Positions 49,867 to 60,787 are shown, counted from the first letter of the stretch. The stretch: DNA of 64,000 nt from Bdellovibrionales bacterium (GCA_965219095.1 CBDCMT010000001.1:1312001-1376000); one strand, 5' to 3'. Numbers and translations are program-made. The notes: generated by a model from the letters alone, not told the origin.

Positions 49867-51388
49867 GGCTCCTCCCGGGAATCTGTGGGTGAAAAGTAGT
49901 AGAAATCCCCCAAAAGAGCTCATATTAATCAAAGTAAGAGTAAGACATTCTATCTTGTATTTTTGAGTTCTTTGAGGCCCTTACTGGCCTCTATCACCTC
50001 CGGTGATTGAACTCAAAAACATTCATTTTATTTGCTTTTATTTGCTGTATTACATTAAAATTTTAAAAAAGAAGCACCTACTTCCCAGATGCCTTAAAAT
50101 GTTATTCAAAAAAAAAAAAAAAAGGAGGGAAGAGATGCTTTTGAAGACTATACTAAATGATTGTTTAAGATGGAAGTCTTTTGTATACGGAGACATTTAT
50201 TTTTCAAAAGATAGAAAGTCAATTAATGTTCCTATTAAGGCTCGTAAAAATGGCCAAGCTTTTTGTAGTGTTTGTAAGAAGCCCTGTTCAGTGTATGACA
50301 GCAGTAAATCATCACGGGACTTTGAATCCCTTCCTATTTTAAGTTACAGGGTGTTTTTTGTTTATTTTGTAAGAAGAGTTAATTGTTCTTGCTGTGGAGT
50401 AAAAGTTGAGTATTTACCTTGGGCAGATGGGAAGAAAAACCTAACAATTTTTTACATGAAGTACTTAGCTGACTGGTGTCGTCACCTGTCTTGGAAAGAG
50501 GTTTCTTGTAAGTTTCATGTCAGTTGGAATCAGGTCTATGCTTTGGTAGAATGGGTCGTAGAATATGGTTTAAAACAAAGGGTTTTAAAGGGAATACAAG
50601 CTATAGGTGTAGATGAAATACAATGGAAAAAGAACCATCAGTATCTCACCTTAGTCTATGAAATAAGCAAAGAAAGTGTTCGTTTGCTATGGATAGGAGA
50701 AAAAAGAACAGAAAAGAGTTTTAGAAAATTCTTTGATTTACTAGGAGAGAAGTCAAAAGATATACAGTTTGTGTGTTCTGATATGTGGAAGCCCTATTTA
50801 AAAGTAATAAAGGAAAGGGCAAGTCAAGCTTTGAATATATTAGATCGGTTTCATATCGTAGCAAGACTCAATAAGGCTTTAGATGAAGTGAGAGCTTCAG
50901 AACACAAAAAAATGAAAGAAGACGGGTATGAACCCCTTTTAACAAAAGCTAGATGGCCCTTGTTAAAAAATGCAGAAAATTTAAAATCTTATGAAAAAGT
51001 AAAATTAAGGCATTTAATACAGTACAATTTAAAAAGTATCCGCTGTTATTTTTTAAAAGAAGACTTCCGACAGTTATGGACCTATGTTTCACCAACTTGG
51101 GCTGGTAAATTTATAGACAGTTGGACGAAACGAGTCATGCTTTCAAAAATTGAACCTATGAAAAGAGAAGCAAAAACCATACGAAGACATAAGCTACTTA
51201 TTCTTAATTACTTCAAGGCTAAAAAAACCTTCTCCTCAGGGATTGTAGAGGGTTTAAACAACAAAGTAAAACTCACTATGAGAAAATCTTACGGCTTTAG
51301 AACCTCTAAAGCTATAAAAATCGCCTTATATCATAACCTTGGAAAACTGCCAGAACCTCCGGGAACCCACAGATTCTTTTGAGGAGGC
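49867..51388 (+). mobile_element. ISL3 element (copy 4), 8-bp TSD TTTTTTTA
   Basis: Termini and TSD read directly. Confidence 0.95.
50135..51382 (+). CDS. ISL3 transposase
   Basis: 415-aa ORF from the ATG after GGAGG. Confidence 0.95.
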   Translation: MLLKTILNDCLRWKSFVYGDIYFSKDRKSINVPIKARKNGQAFCSVCKKPCSVYDSSKSSRDFESLPILSYRVFFVYFVRRVNCSCCGVKVEYLPWADGKKNLTIFYMKYLADWCRHLSWKEVSCKFHVSWNQVYALVEWVVEYGLKQRVLKGIQAIGVDEIQWKKNHQYLTLVYEISKESVRLLWIGEKRTEKSFRKFFDLLGEKSKDIQFVCSDMWKPYLKVIKERASQALNILDRFHIVARLNKALDEVRASEHKKMKEDGYEPLLTKARWPLLKNAENLKSYEKVKLRHLIQYNLKSIRCYFLKEDFRQLWTYVSPTWAGKFIDSWTKRVMLSKIEPMKREAKTIRRHKLLILNYFKAKKTFSSGIVEGLNNKVKLTMRKSYGFRTSKAIKIALYHNLGKLPEPPGTHRFF

Positions 51389-51702
51389 TTTTTTTATAAC
51401 TCTCAAGTAGTTTTTCCTTGTAAGTTGCTTCTTCAAGAAAATCTTACAAAGGTCTGAGGTGTTTGTTGATATCAGCTAACCTTTGGCCATGAAAAAAGTC
51501 GAAACTCGGGTTAGTAGTTGCAACTTATGACAAATTTTGGTAGTTTTTAAAGGGTACCGGGTACGACTCACTTATTGACTCTTTTAATTGGGTCTATTGA
51601 AAATATATGAACGTTATGCATTAAAAATGCCAAGCTAACCTTTGTAACTGGTATAATGGCTTGTCAAAGAAAATTTTTTTTGTAAAATTTAAGAAATAGG
51701 GA

Positions 51703-52194
51703 ATGAAGGAGAAAATCACTATGAATGAAATTAAAGAAAAACCAAAAAAGAAAAGAAGTATTAAAAACATTTTAATATACTCTAGAGGGCAATTACCTCT
51801 TATTATATTTACATCAATTTTCACAATTATTTTATTTCAATTTTTCTTGTTCTCTAGTAATTCTGTTCAAACTCATTTATCTAGAATATTAGATGTATAC
51901 CTCCTTGGATTTGAGAACAAAACAATCATCATGACTCAAGTTGATAAAGAGCTTTTCAGATATTTATCTATGGTAGTGTTGATTATGGGAGGGTTTCTTA
52001 TTTTGATGAACACTGCTCTTCTCATAGAAACACATAGAGTCTTTGGAGCTGCCCGAAACATAAAAAGATATATTGATGAAAAGCTTTGTAAGAAAAGGTA
52101 TGATGATCCTCTAAAACTTCGTAAAAATGATTATTTACAAGATGTCGCAAAAAGCCTCAATGGGCTAAGAGAAAAGTTAAAGGACTCTAAATAG
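51703..52194 (+). CDS. Two-TM membrane protein with HAMP-like C-terminus
   Basis: Two hydrophobic segments, then THRVFG...LRKND.LQDVA..LN. Confidence 0.7.
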   Translation: MKEKITMNEIKEKPKKKRSIKNILIYSRGQLPLIIFTSIFTIILFQFFLFSSNSVQTHLSRILDVYLLGFENKTIIMTQVDKELFRYLSMVVLIMGGFLILMNTALLIETHRVFGAARNIKRYIDEKLCKKRYDDPLKLRKNDYLQDVAKSLNGLREKLKDSK

Positions 52195-52316
52195 TCGAAC
52201 GTGAAAAATGCACAAACAGCTAAAAACACTTGTTTTTTTGTAATTTTTGCATAAAAATAATTGCAAGGAAGTGGAAAAACAGATAAAAAACCTTGCAAAA
52301 CAGAAAGGAAAAAAGA

Positions 52317-52566
52317 TGAGGCCAAAAGACATGTTCAGCACACAAAAGAGAAGCCCTCTTAATTTTAGAGTAAACGACATTGTTCATAAGAAGCATCCGC
52401 TTGTCATTTTAGCTAATAAAATAGACTGGGATCGTTTTGATAAAATTTTTGGTTCGAAGTATGATGAAAAAAAAGGTCGTCCAGGTCTTTCAACTCGTTT
52501 AATGGTGGGACTTCAGTGCTTGAAATACATTTATAATTTAAGTGACAAGAAGACAATAGAATTATT
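52317..52566 (+). pseudogene. IS5-family transposase N-terminal fragment
   Basis: HPLVILANKIDW, GRPGLSTRLMVGL..LK...NLSD. Confidence 0.85.
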
Positions 52567-53299
52567 GGCTCCTCCCGGGAACCCACAGATTCTTTTGAGG
52601 AGGCAATTGTTTTAAAAACTCACTAACTTGTTTTTTATAAAGAGATTCACAGTCACTAATTCCTCTTAGATGGGGACAGTTTAAATTTAAAGCTCTAAGA
52701 TTCAAATGCCTATGAGGTTTAAAGAGATCCTCTATAGCATAAATGGGTGTTATTTTATCTTTTAATCCTCGAATACTAAGTATAGGGACAGAAGGAGGAA
52801 AAGATTTTATCTCCTTTAAAACTCTTTTGTTTTTAAAGAACCCACCCCATAAGAAATAGTCTGTAAACACAAAAAAAACCCTTTTGGGTAAAAATTTTAC
52901 TTTCTCTGCATAAAACATATAATTGAACAAACACTCTAAAAAGTAAGTAAAGGGTCCTCCTTCGCAAACCCAAGCTTTCACATTGACATCTTTAAATTTG
53001 AACATATAGTTTAAAACCATAAATGAGGGGGCTGAAAAACTGTAAAAAATGATTTCTCTTTGTCTTATGTCATTCTTATAAAGCCATTCATTTAAATCAT
53101 ATGACCATCTGTCGATGAAATTGGATTTCAAACCTCCTGTTAAAATACTTTTTAAAACATCTCTAAAGGGACGTCCGTAATAAGGAGGTTCAAAAACTTT
53201 TGTTTCAAAATGCAAGCTTTCGATAAACTCAACGTTTTTTCTAATATTCTTTATTTTTGCCTTAAAGTACGGAATAAAAATAACAGTAGGTTTTTTCAT
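52562..53299 (-). CDS. Alpha/beta-hydrolase-fold protein (DUF829-like); C-terminus read from mini-ISL3
   Basis: FYSFS elbow, G..D.I.P, C-terminal His; ATGA coupling to the PDH stop. Confidence 0.65.
   Translation of the reverse strand: MKKPTVIFIPYFKAKIKNIRKNVEFIESLHFETKVFEPPYYGRPFRDVLKSILTGGLKSNFIDRWSYDLNEWLYKNDIRQREIIFYSFSAPSFMVLNYMFKFKDVNVKAWVCEGGPFTYFLECLFNYMFYAEKVKFLPKRVFFVFTDYFLWGGFFKNKRVLKEIKSFPPSVPILSIRGLKDKITPIYAIEDLFKPHRHLNLRALNLNCPHLRGISDCESLYKKQVSEFLKQLPPQKNLWVPGRSQ
52567..52604 (+). repeat. 38-bp mini-ISL3 (left end fused to right end)
   Basis: GGCTCCTCCCGGGAA + CCCACAGATTCTTTTGAGGAGGC. Confidence 0.9.
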
Positions 53300-56052
53300 T
53301 TTTGAAAGTTTGATCCCCAAAGTTCTTTCCAATTCGTATAAGATTGAGATGATTTTGTACGTAAAACACCCTCTCTAACTTGAACTGATTCTAAAGCTGT
53401 TTCAGCTAAAACTTTACCTACAGCTTCTATAATAGAGCCATTATCAATGCGATGAAATTTATAAATATCAGAAGGCCTCCCACACTTTGAATGTTGTCTT
53501 ACAGCTAAGGCCTCTTGTTTTACACCTATGAGGGAACCTATGTTGTCCAACAAACCAGGCTCTCCATCATGAACACTTACAATAGGTATCCTACGACCTG
53601 CTAAGAGTACCCAATCTCCTTCATAGGAAACTTTCTTTAAATGTAAATCTCCGTTAATACCTAGACCATTTTTTAAATGAAAGTAATTGTTTTTCAGGCC
53701 AAGATTTCCTAGCAACAAATCGTGGCTTGTGACAACAATTATATGGGCGTAGATACCTTGTTTAAGAAGCTTTTCAGAGGCTTTAAGTGCCTCTGTTGTA
53801 GGAGAACCCATAGAAAAAATATACACTACATTATCCCCAGGTTCATAATCGACATAGCCCCTATAATCCTTTAAATAATAAGCTCCCTTAAGGACATCCT
53901 TTCTCAGTCTTTCTAAAATTTTATCTTCATCAATGTTTTCCACTTCATTTTCTCTCATAATTCCTGACTTATCTAACACACTATCTTGAGAACAAAGATG
54001 CCCTTCAAAAGATTTTTTAAAAGTTTTCTGTGTTTTCAAATGACTCATAAGTCCTTTTTGATCTACACCTCTTGTCACACAACGAATATGAACTCCCATA
54101 CGATCCTTGTTGTCTTTTTGGAAATGTCGTTTTAAAGCATCTAAAAAGATCCAATCCAACTCTATGCAATAAAAAGGCTCCCAAGTGATCTGTCTTGGAA
54201 TTTCAAAATTAGACTTCCAGCCATGTTGTGCCCCTTCTGGAGAAAGAGTTACTCCGGAAGGTGTTCCACAAAGAAGAAAACTTGAACCCCAATACAGATT
54301 GTAAAAATGTTGATCTAAAGCTCTTTTTATAAAAAAGTCATAAATTGTCATAAGAGGAAAAAAAGGAATTCCTAGGATGTCATTAAGTTTACCAAAAGAT
54401 CCTAAACAGCTTGTAGAGTTAGCTTCTGTAATATCAAAACGAATGAAACGACTTGAAGCTTCTTCTCTAGGTACAAGATCAGGAGACTTTTTGTCTTTCA
54501 CATTCATAGCCTTTTCAAAGTCATCAACTTCAGTAGAAAAGATCTTTCCATCAAAAGCAGGATTCAAATTAGTACTTGTTGCCACATCAGGAGACATTTG
54601 TACAAATAACTCACTCATCTTTTTAAACTTTTTTTCAGAAGATTTCAGATCAGACTCATCAGTTACAGCAATTCTTGAAAGTTTTGCTGTAACCTGTCCT
54701 AACATCCATTGTGTATGGGGATAACTTACAAGTTTTAAATTAATACCAAAACTTTCCGGAAAATCTTGAAGAGAAATTTTATTTTTTACAAAAATCTTAT
54801 TTTTTTTCTTTATTTCACTTTGTTCTAATATCTCTTTATAAAGCTCATCTGATCTTCTTTTTAAAAACTGACCTTCTTTTGTTGATTTGTCAAAAGTTTT
54901 AAATTCATCCGTTTCTTTAAGTCCTGTGTTCTTTCTTAGTCTTAACATTTCCTCTTGACTGGGAAGACTTGAGTGATTAGCTTGTAGAGCCACCATATCC
55001 AAGCCCCAACCCTTTAAAGTATGACAAATGACTATGGAGGGTTGGTCCTTTGTTTCCTTGGAAGCTCTTAAAGCCTTTTCTATCAAAGACAGGTCATGCC
55101 CTCCTAAATCCCTTAAAGCTTCATAAAACTCCTCATCAGTTACAAAATCTAAAAAAGGTTTTAATTTTTTATGAGTTTCTAAAATTTTTTTCTTTAGGAA
55201 TTTTTTATCTTTGATCATTAAAAGTGCTTGAAGTTCATAATCATCAAGCTCTTTTTCTAAAAAAGTTTGAAACATTTGGCCTTGCTTTTTTCTAAATAGT
55301 TTTTGTCTTTTTTGACCATGGCACAGGTCTATAACATGCCACCCATTAGACTTCATGGTGTTGTAAATACGATCACTATCATTACCACTAAAAGCCTCTT
55401 TATGACGAATTCTATGGCCATCAAGTCCTTGTCTATTATAATCTATAATCCACGTAATCTCTCCTAACTTTCTTTCAGCAAAATCAGGAGCTGCTTCCAG
55501 TAAAGAACCTTCACGAAACTCAGCATCCCCTGCCACAGCCCAAAAATGAGCCTTCTTAGGAACCAAATAATTTTGTTTTCCAGCCATACGATAAGCCAAA
55601 GCCAAATAACCTAAACTCACAGGCGGAATTCCCACAGTTCCTGAAGGTAAAAAATTATGAAAATCAGGATCATAAGGCGAATGGTAGGACTGGAATACAA
55701 ACTCTCCTGATTGAGAAAAAGCTCTTAAACCTTTCATGGATCGATCAAATTCTTCTTCCAAACACCGTGAAAGATCTTTTTTTAAAAAAAGCCTCAACAA
55801 GTAATTAAAGGCATGATCACAGGGGGAAGCATGAGGTTTGTTAACAATAAAATCAAAACCTGTTTTTACCAGTAGATGAAGAACTCCTAAAATGTGTAGC
55901 GCACTTGCCGATCCTGAACTATGGCCTCCTACTTTAGGATCCCCCTTCTCTTTATTTTTGCGATGATTGGCCATAAAAATCATCTGGTTGAACAAATAAT
56001 GAGCTCTTTGAATGATGCTGTTGATTGTTTTTAAATCATATGTCACTTTCAT
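53296..56052 (-). CDS. aceE: Pyruvate dehydrogenase E1, homodimeric AceE-like
   Basis: KVGGH, KPHASP, QSY, GDAEFREG ThDP motif, YNRQ.LDG, GTPSGVTLSPEG..H. Confidence 0.85.
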   Translation of the reverse strand: MKVTYDLKTINSIIQRAHYLFNQMIFMANHRKNKEKGDPKVGGHSSGSASALHILGVLHLLVKTGFDFIVNKPHASPCDHAFNYLLRLFLKKDLSRCLEEEFDRSMKGLRAFSQSGEFVFQSYHSPYDPDFHNFLPSGTVGIPPVSLGYLALAYRMAGKQNYLVPKKAHFWAVAGDAEFREGSLLEAAPDFAERKLGEITWIIDYNRQGLDGHRIRHKEAFSGNDSDRIYNTMKSNGWHVIDLCHGQKRQKLFRKKQGQMFQTFLEKELDDYELQALLMIKDKKFLKKKILETHKKLKPFLDFVTDEEFYEALRDLGGHDLSLIEKALRASKETKDQPSIVICHTLKGWGLDMVALQANHSSLPSQEEMLRLRKNTGLKETDEFKTFDKSTKEGQFLKRRSDELYKEILEQSEIKKKNKIFVKNKISLQDFPESFGINLKLVSYPHTQWMLGQVTAKLSRIAVTDESDLKSSEKKFKKMSELFVQMSPDVATSTNLNPAFDGKIFSTEVDDFEKAMNVKDKKSPDLVPREEASSRFIRFDITEANSTSCLGSFGKLNDILGIPFFPLMTIYDFFIKRALDQHFYNLYWGSSFLLCGTPSGVTLSPEGAQHGWKSNFEIPRQITWEPFYCIELDWIFLDALKRHFQKDNKDRMGVHIRCVTRGVDQKGLMSHLKTQKTFKKSFEGHLCSQDSVLDKSGIMRENEVENIDEDKILERLRKDVLKGAYYLKDYRGYVDYEPGDNVVYIFSMGSPTTEALKASEKLLKQGIYAHIIVVTSHDLLLGNLGLKNNYFHLKNGLGINGDLHLKKVSYEGDWVLLAGRRIPIVSVHDGEPGLLDNIGSLIGVKQEALAVRQHSKCGRPSDIYKFHRIDNGSIIEAVGKVLAETALESVQVREGVLRTKSSQSYTNWKELWGSNFQK

Positions 56053-56129
56053 AAACAATACCTTATAAAAAGCTCTTTTATTATTATATAAAAACACAGG
56101 TAGGGTCAAAGATAGGATTCAACTTAACT

Positions 56130-56879
56130 TCAAGCCTCTACAATAAAACTCCATTCAAAGCGGACTTGGCCCTCATTTTGGATTTGTTGAGGCGGGTTAG
56201 GAAAGGGTGCGACTTCATAAAAACTCTCTACAGCGGCTTGATCCACAAAAGAAGAGCCACTAGATTGAACCACCTCAATACGAAAGATGGCTCCTCTTTG
56301 ATCTAAAAGCACAATCAATTTTGTCATACGAAACCGAGAAAATAGATTTTGTTTATTATAGGCTAGGCCTTTATAATAGGCTTCTCTTATACGACGATTC
56401 CAGATAGGACGCAGTTTCATGCGAATCTGATGATAATAAGTATAAAAGACATAGCTTTTTGTATTCAAATGAGTTTGATCACCTTCTCGGATGTTTTTTA
56501 AAAAATCATCTGTTTGACTGGTTTGAGAATTTTGAGATGATAAGGTCCATGCAGGGCCTAAACCGGCTCCTATTTTTTTTGTAAAACTCCTTCCCCCTCT
56601 TTCTTGGTTCTGAAATGATCCTATGCGAGAGGCTTTTGTTTGTATTTTCACTCTCTTATCCACAGCACTTAAAAAAAGTTTTTCACTTTCTTTGTCTTCA
56701 AGTGAATCGGTTTTATCTTGCTCTACAATTTGTCGATAGATAAGCTCCACTTCTATTTTTGTTTCTTCCTGTTTAAAAAAACTGGCCTTAGGATTCTGAG
56801 ACAGAAAAAAACCCCCTAAAACGAGGAGAAAATGACATCCTAGAGAGGTAGAAAAATACAAAAAAGCCATGCGTCTCAT
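56130..56879 (-). CDS. TonB-family C-terminal domain protein
   Basis: N-terminal TM with S...H; SSG...D.AA......APFPNPP. Confidence 0.8.
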   Translation of the reverse strand: MRRMAFLYFSTSLGCHFLLVLGGFFLSQNPKASFFKQEETKIEVELIYRQIVEQDKTDSLEDKESEKLFLSAVDKRVKIQTKASRIGSFQNQERGGRSFTKKIGAGLGPAWTLSSQNSQTSQTDDFLKNIREGDQTHLNTKSYVFYTYYHQIRMKLRPIWNRRIREAYYKGLAYNKQNLFSRFRMTKLIVLLDQRGAIFRIEVVQSSGSSFVDQAAVESFYEVAPFPNPPQQIQNEGQVRFEWSFIVEA

Positions 56880-56941
56880 TATAAGCTTTGTCGGCATTTT
56901 TTGTTAAAAACTTGAAAACAAAAATAAAAAATTGTAACCTT

Positions 56942-57670
56942 ATGTTTATGAACCTTAAATGTCATTCTTTATGCGATATCGGTCTTGTTAGACAAGACAA
57001 CCAAGACAGCATCTATACAAATGAGGACTTAGGCCTTTTTATAGTGGCAGATGGTATGGGAGGGCATGAAGGAGGGCAAGTAGCCTCTCAAATGGCCATT
57101 GAAGCAATCTCCGAGTACATTAAAAAAAACCTCAACCAAATATCTTCCCCTGTTGAACTTTTAGAAAAAGCTATCAAGAAGGCCAATACAGATATCTATG
57201 AAACTGGCTGTTACGAAAATCCTGAACTTATGGGCATGGGAACTACAGTGGTGTCAACATTTTTCTTAGGTCAAAAAGTTTATATTGCCAATGTAGGAGA
57301 TTCTAGAACTTATCTGTTTCAAAAACCTCGTTTGTGGCAACTTACCGATGATCATTCTCTTTTGTTTGAACAGGTTAGAAATGGGATCATTTCTGAAAAA
57401 CAAAGCCAATTGATTACGGGAAAAAGCATTCTCACAAGAAGTGTAGGTACAGAAAGTTTTATCGATGTAGATACTTTTATTTTTTCCGTTCCCATTGGTG
57501 GCCTTTTGATGCTATGCTCCGATGGACTTTGTGGCCTTACAACAAACCTTGAAATCATGAAAGCTATGGATAGTGCTGAAAACAGCCAACAAATGATCCC
57601 TCTTTTGTTCAATTTAGCTAAAGAAAATGGAGGGCATGATAACATTTCCATTCTTATTATTGAAATATAA
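56942..57670 (+). CDS. PP2C-type Ser/Thr phosphatase (Stp1/PrpC-like)
   Basis: R..NQD, VADGMGGH, NVGDSR, CSDGL, GG.DNIS. Confidence 0.93.
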   Translation: MFMNLKCHSLCDIGLVRQDNQDSIYTNEDLGLFIVADGMGGHEGGQVASQMAIEAISEYIKKNLNQISSPVELLEKAIKKANTDIYETGCYENPELMGMGTTVVSTFFLGQKVYIANVGDSRTYLFQKPRLWQLTDDHSLLFEQVRNGIISEKQSQLITGKSILTRSVGTESFIDVDTFIFSVPIGGLLMLCSDGLCGLTTNLEIMKAMDSAENSQQMIPLLFNLAKENGGHDNISILIIEI

Positions 57671-57743
57671 ACCTTCCTATGGTAATCAGCCACTAAAAGA
57701 AAGAGGATTTTAAGTTAAAAACAAGGTTTAAAACAAAAAATAT

Positions 57744-58715
57744 ATGAAAAAAAAAAGCTTCACTGTTTTCCTTGTTTCAAACAAACAAGACCGTACAAAA
57801 ACTTTCCATATCTCTGGAAAAATGATTTCAGTTCTAACCCTTTCTCTAAGCTTTCTGTGTTTTTTTCTCTTAGCTCTTTTGGTTGATTACACACACATAC
57901 AACTTGATACAAGTGAAAATAAAAAACTCAGAGAAAAAAACTTTTTTCTTGAAAACAAACTCTCTCACGTTGAAACACGCCTCATAGACTTAGAAAGAAA
58001 TTTGCACAAGTTACAAACACTTTCCGCAAAAATTAAAACCATTACCAATTCAGAAAGCAAAACCAGTCTTTTGAACACAGCTTTAGGACATGTTCCTATA
58101 GAATTTCAAGATCAAATCTCCTCCGAATCCTATACAGAAAAAAGCTATGAAAGGGGACATCCTGTTGAGAATTGGAGAGGAAGTCATATAGAGCTTCGTA
58201 TCGAAAAAGCTCTTGTCAAAACTCAACTAGAACAAGTCAAGCAAGTAGAACTTTTAGAAGATCTTTCACAACAAACCACTTTCTTAGCTGCCTTACCCAG
58301 CATTTCTCCTGTAAAAGGCTGGCTGAGTTCTGTGTTTGGATATAGAAAACATCCTATTACAGGACAACTTCAAATGCATTCAGGAATCGATATTGCCAGT
58401 TCCTTTGGAAAAGCAGTTCAGGCCCCTGGAGGAGGTGTTGTAAGCTTTATAGGCTATGATCCTGGATATGGAAAAACTTTTTTCATAGACCATGGTTATG
58501 GCTTACAAACCCGTTACGCTCATCTTTCTGATATTTTCGTCAAAATCGGTCAACGTGTGAAAAGAGGTGATGTTCTAGCTACTATAGGTTCTACAGGTCG
58601 CTCTACAGGACCTCACATCCACTATGAAATACGTCTTTATGGTGTACCTCTTAATCCTGTTAATTATATTTTGGATTTACCTCTTAGTTCAAAAATATCT
58701 TTTGCTAAAAAATAA
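57744..58715 (+). CDS. M23 family metallopeptidase with TM and coiled coil
   Basis: HSGID, YAHL, STGPHIHYE. Confidence 0.93.
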   Translation: MKKKSFTVFLVSNKQDRTKTFHISGKMISVLTLSLSFLCFFLLALLVDYTHIQLDTSENKKLREKNFFLENKLSHVETRLIDLERNLHKLQTLSAKIKTITNSESKTSLLNTALGHVPIEFQDQISSESYTEKSYERGHPVENWRGSHIELRIEKALVKTQLEQVKQVELLEDLSQQTTFLAALPSISPVKGWLSSVFGYRKHPITGQLQMHSGIDIASSFGKAVQAPGGGVVSFIGYDPGYGKTFFIDHGYGLQTRYAHLSDIFVKIGQRVKRGDVLATIGSTGRSTGPHIHYEIRLYGVPLNPVNYILDLPLSSKISFAKK

Positions 58716-58744
58716 GCCTCTTGTTTTTGTAGCAAGGTAAAATT

Positions 58745-59533
58745 TTAGAAAAGTTGATAAGTAACCATATAAATAACAGGAGAGGCAAAATAAAGGCTAT
58801 CCATCCTATCTAAAATACCTCCATGACCAGGTAAAATATACCCTGAATCCTTAACTCCTGTTTGTCTTTTTAAAGCTGATTCCACAAGATCACCTATTTG
58901 TGCTGTAATATTGGCTAAAAGAAAAAACACAATCCAAGAAACTAAAGAAACCTCATCTAACAAAACATAGGCCATACTCAAGCCTACAATTAAAGATCCT
59001 AAAAAGCTCATTCCAAACCCTTCCCAAGTTTTCTTAGGTGATATAGAGGGAGCAATAGAATGTTTCCCAAAGAAACTTCCTCCTAAAAAGGCTAATGTAT
59101 CAGCACCTATAATAGAAGATAGCAAAACGAAAAAATAAGCCAAATTTTTCTCAAGTGCAAGATAGCAGATCCCAGGTAAAAGACTACACAGAAAAAATCC
59201 AAAAACAATAACCGTTGTCTTTTTAAAAATGAATTCATTTTTAAAAAATAAATTTAAAATGAAAAAACCTATAAGAGGAAAAAAGCCTAAAACAGGATGA
59301 AAAAAGACTATAAGAACATAGGAAAGAGACAAGCAAGCTGTGAGTCCATATAAACTTACCCGGGTTTTAAAAACCATACGAGAGAACTCATAAGCACCCA
59401 GCATTACAATCACGAATGCAAATATTTTCATATAAGGATTAAAATAAAGGGTTGTGATAACAAAAGCTATGAAGAATAAGAAGGCTGTAAAGGTTCTCAT
59501 TCTAAGACCTATTGACTTCACAAACTCCTCCAT
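58745..59533 (-). CDS. cdsA: Phosphatidate cytidylyltransferase
   Basis: ISPKKTWEG, GDLVESALKR..GVKDSG..LPGHGG.LDR.DS. Confidence 0.95.
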   Translation of the reverse strand: MEEFVKSIGLRMRTFTAFLFFIAFVITTLYFNPYMKIFAFVIVMLGAYEFSRMVFKTRVSLYGLTACLSLSYVLIVFFHPVLGFFPLIGFFILNLFFKNEFIFKKTTVIVFGFFLCSLLPGICYLALEKNLAYFFVLLSSIIGADTLAFLGGSFFGKHSIAPSISPKKTWEGFGMSFLGSLIVGLSMAYVLLDEVSLVSWIVFFLLANITAQIGDLVESALKRQTGVKDSGYILPGHGGILDRMDSLYFASPVIYMVTYQLF

Positions 59534-60209
59534 AACGTCTTTCTATTTTTTTATAATACAATAAGGCTTCATCTAAATCACTTTCATTAAAATCAGGCCA
59601 CATTTTAGACGAAAAAAACAGCTCACTATAAGCAGTTTGCCATATAAGAAAATTAGAGAGCCTTCTTACACCTCCTGTGCGAATCACAAGATCAGGATGA
59701 GGGAAACCGTAGGTATCTAAATGAGCTTCAATAGTTTCTAAACTCATTTTATCTTCAGAAACCCCCTTGTCTTTCATTCTTTTAAAAGCCTTTAGGATTT
59801 CCTGACGTCCCCCATAACTTAAAGCTAAGATAAGGGTAAAATGTTTATAGACTTCAGTTTCTTTCTTAATAGCATGAATCTTCTCTTGCAAAGAAACAGG
59901 AAACTTTTCAATATCTCCTATAACATCAACTTTTATTTTATTTTCATGAAAAAAAGATTTCTTACAGCCTAAAACCTCTTCGCAAAGTCTAATGATCATA
60001 GAAATTTCTTTTACAGGACGTCTCCAATTTTCTGCACTAAAGGCAAAAAGAGTTAGATAAGGAATTTTTCTCCTCTGAACTCCTAATATAAGCTTTTGTG
60101 CTGTCTTCTGTCCTTTTAAATGTCCCTGAATTCTAGGCTGTTTCTTAGTTTGAGCCCAACGTCCATTACCATCCATAATGATTGCTACATGAGAAAGTGT
60201 TAAATTCAT
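59502..60209 (-). CDS. uppS: Undecaprenyl diphosphate synthase
   Basis: HVAIIMDGNGRWA, FS.ENW.R, RT.G..RLSNFL.WQ. Confidence 0.96.
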   Translation of the reverse strand: MNLTLSHVAIIMDGNGRWAQTKKQPRIQGHLKGQKTAQKLILGVQRRKIPYLTLFAFSAENWRRPVKEISMIIRLCEEVLGCKKSFFHENKIKVDVIGDIEKFPVSLQEKIHAIKKETEVYKHFTLILALSYGGRQEILKAFKRMKDKGVSEDKMSLETIEAHLDTYGFPHPDLVIRTGGVRRLSNFLIWQTAYSELFFSSKMWPDFNESDLDEALLYYKKIERRYGGVCEVNRS

Positions 60210-60232
60210 AATTTAATTAAGTTATTGAAACT

Positions 60233-60787
60233 TTAAATGGTTTTTAAATCCGCTTCTTTTTTTTCACATATGGTATCTACTTTTTTTATATAATCATCAA
60301 TAATTTTTTGAACCAGATCTATATCTGTTTTTTTCTGATCTTCACCGATCTCTTTATCCTTAAACTTTTCTTTGATTTTTTCATTAGTATCTCTTCTGAT
60401 CATACGCAAAGACACCCTTCTATCTTCTGCCATCTTTTTGATTTGCTTTATAAGATCCAAACGTCTTTGTTCGGTGAGTTCAGGAACTTTTAAACGAATG
60501 AATTTCCCATCATTTTGAGGCGACATTCCTAAATTACTTTTCACAATAGCTGCCTCAATATCTTTTAAAGTAGAACTCTCCCAAGGACTTATAAGAAAAC
60601 TTCTAGCATCAGGACAAGAAATACTCGCCACTTGATTCAATGGCGTCATATTGCCATAGTAAGATACTTGAACAGAATCAAGCATAGCCACATGGACTCT
60701 TCCTGTTCTGACTTTTTTAAGTTCTGAGCTAAAACCGTCAACACACTCATTCATAGATTTTCTTATACTATTTTCATCGATAGACAT
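60233..60787 (-). CDS. frr: Ribosome recycling factor
   Basis: RTGR, YYG..TPLNQVA, P.LTE.RR. Confidence 0.96.
   Translation of the reverse strand: MSIDENSIRKSMNECVDGFSSELKKVRTGRVHVAMLDSVQVSYYGNMTPLNQVASISCPDARSFLISPWESSTLKDIEAAIVKSNLGMSPQNDGKFIRLKVPELTEQRRLDLIKQIKKMAEDRRVSLRMIRRDTNEKIKEKFKDKEIGEDQKKTDIDLVQKIIDDYIKKVDTICEKKEADLKTI

Larger units (their letters stand above)
49490..51511 (-). mobile_element. IS982 element 5' part (frameshifted), interrupted by ISL3 and truncated at the IS66 hairpin
   Basis: End GTCGAAACTCGGGT at 51498-51511; ORFs 49586-49840 and 49470-49694 match copy 1. Confidence 0.88.
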
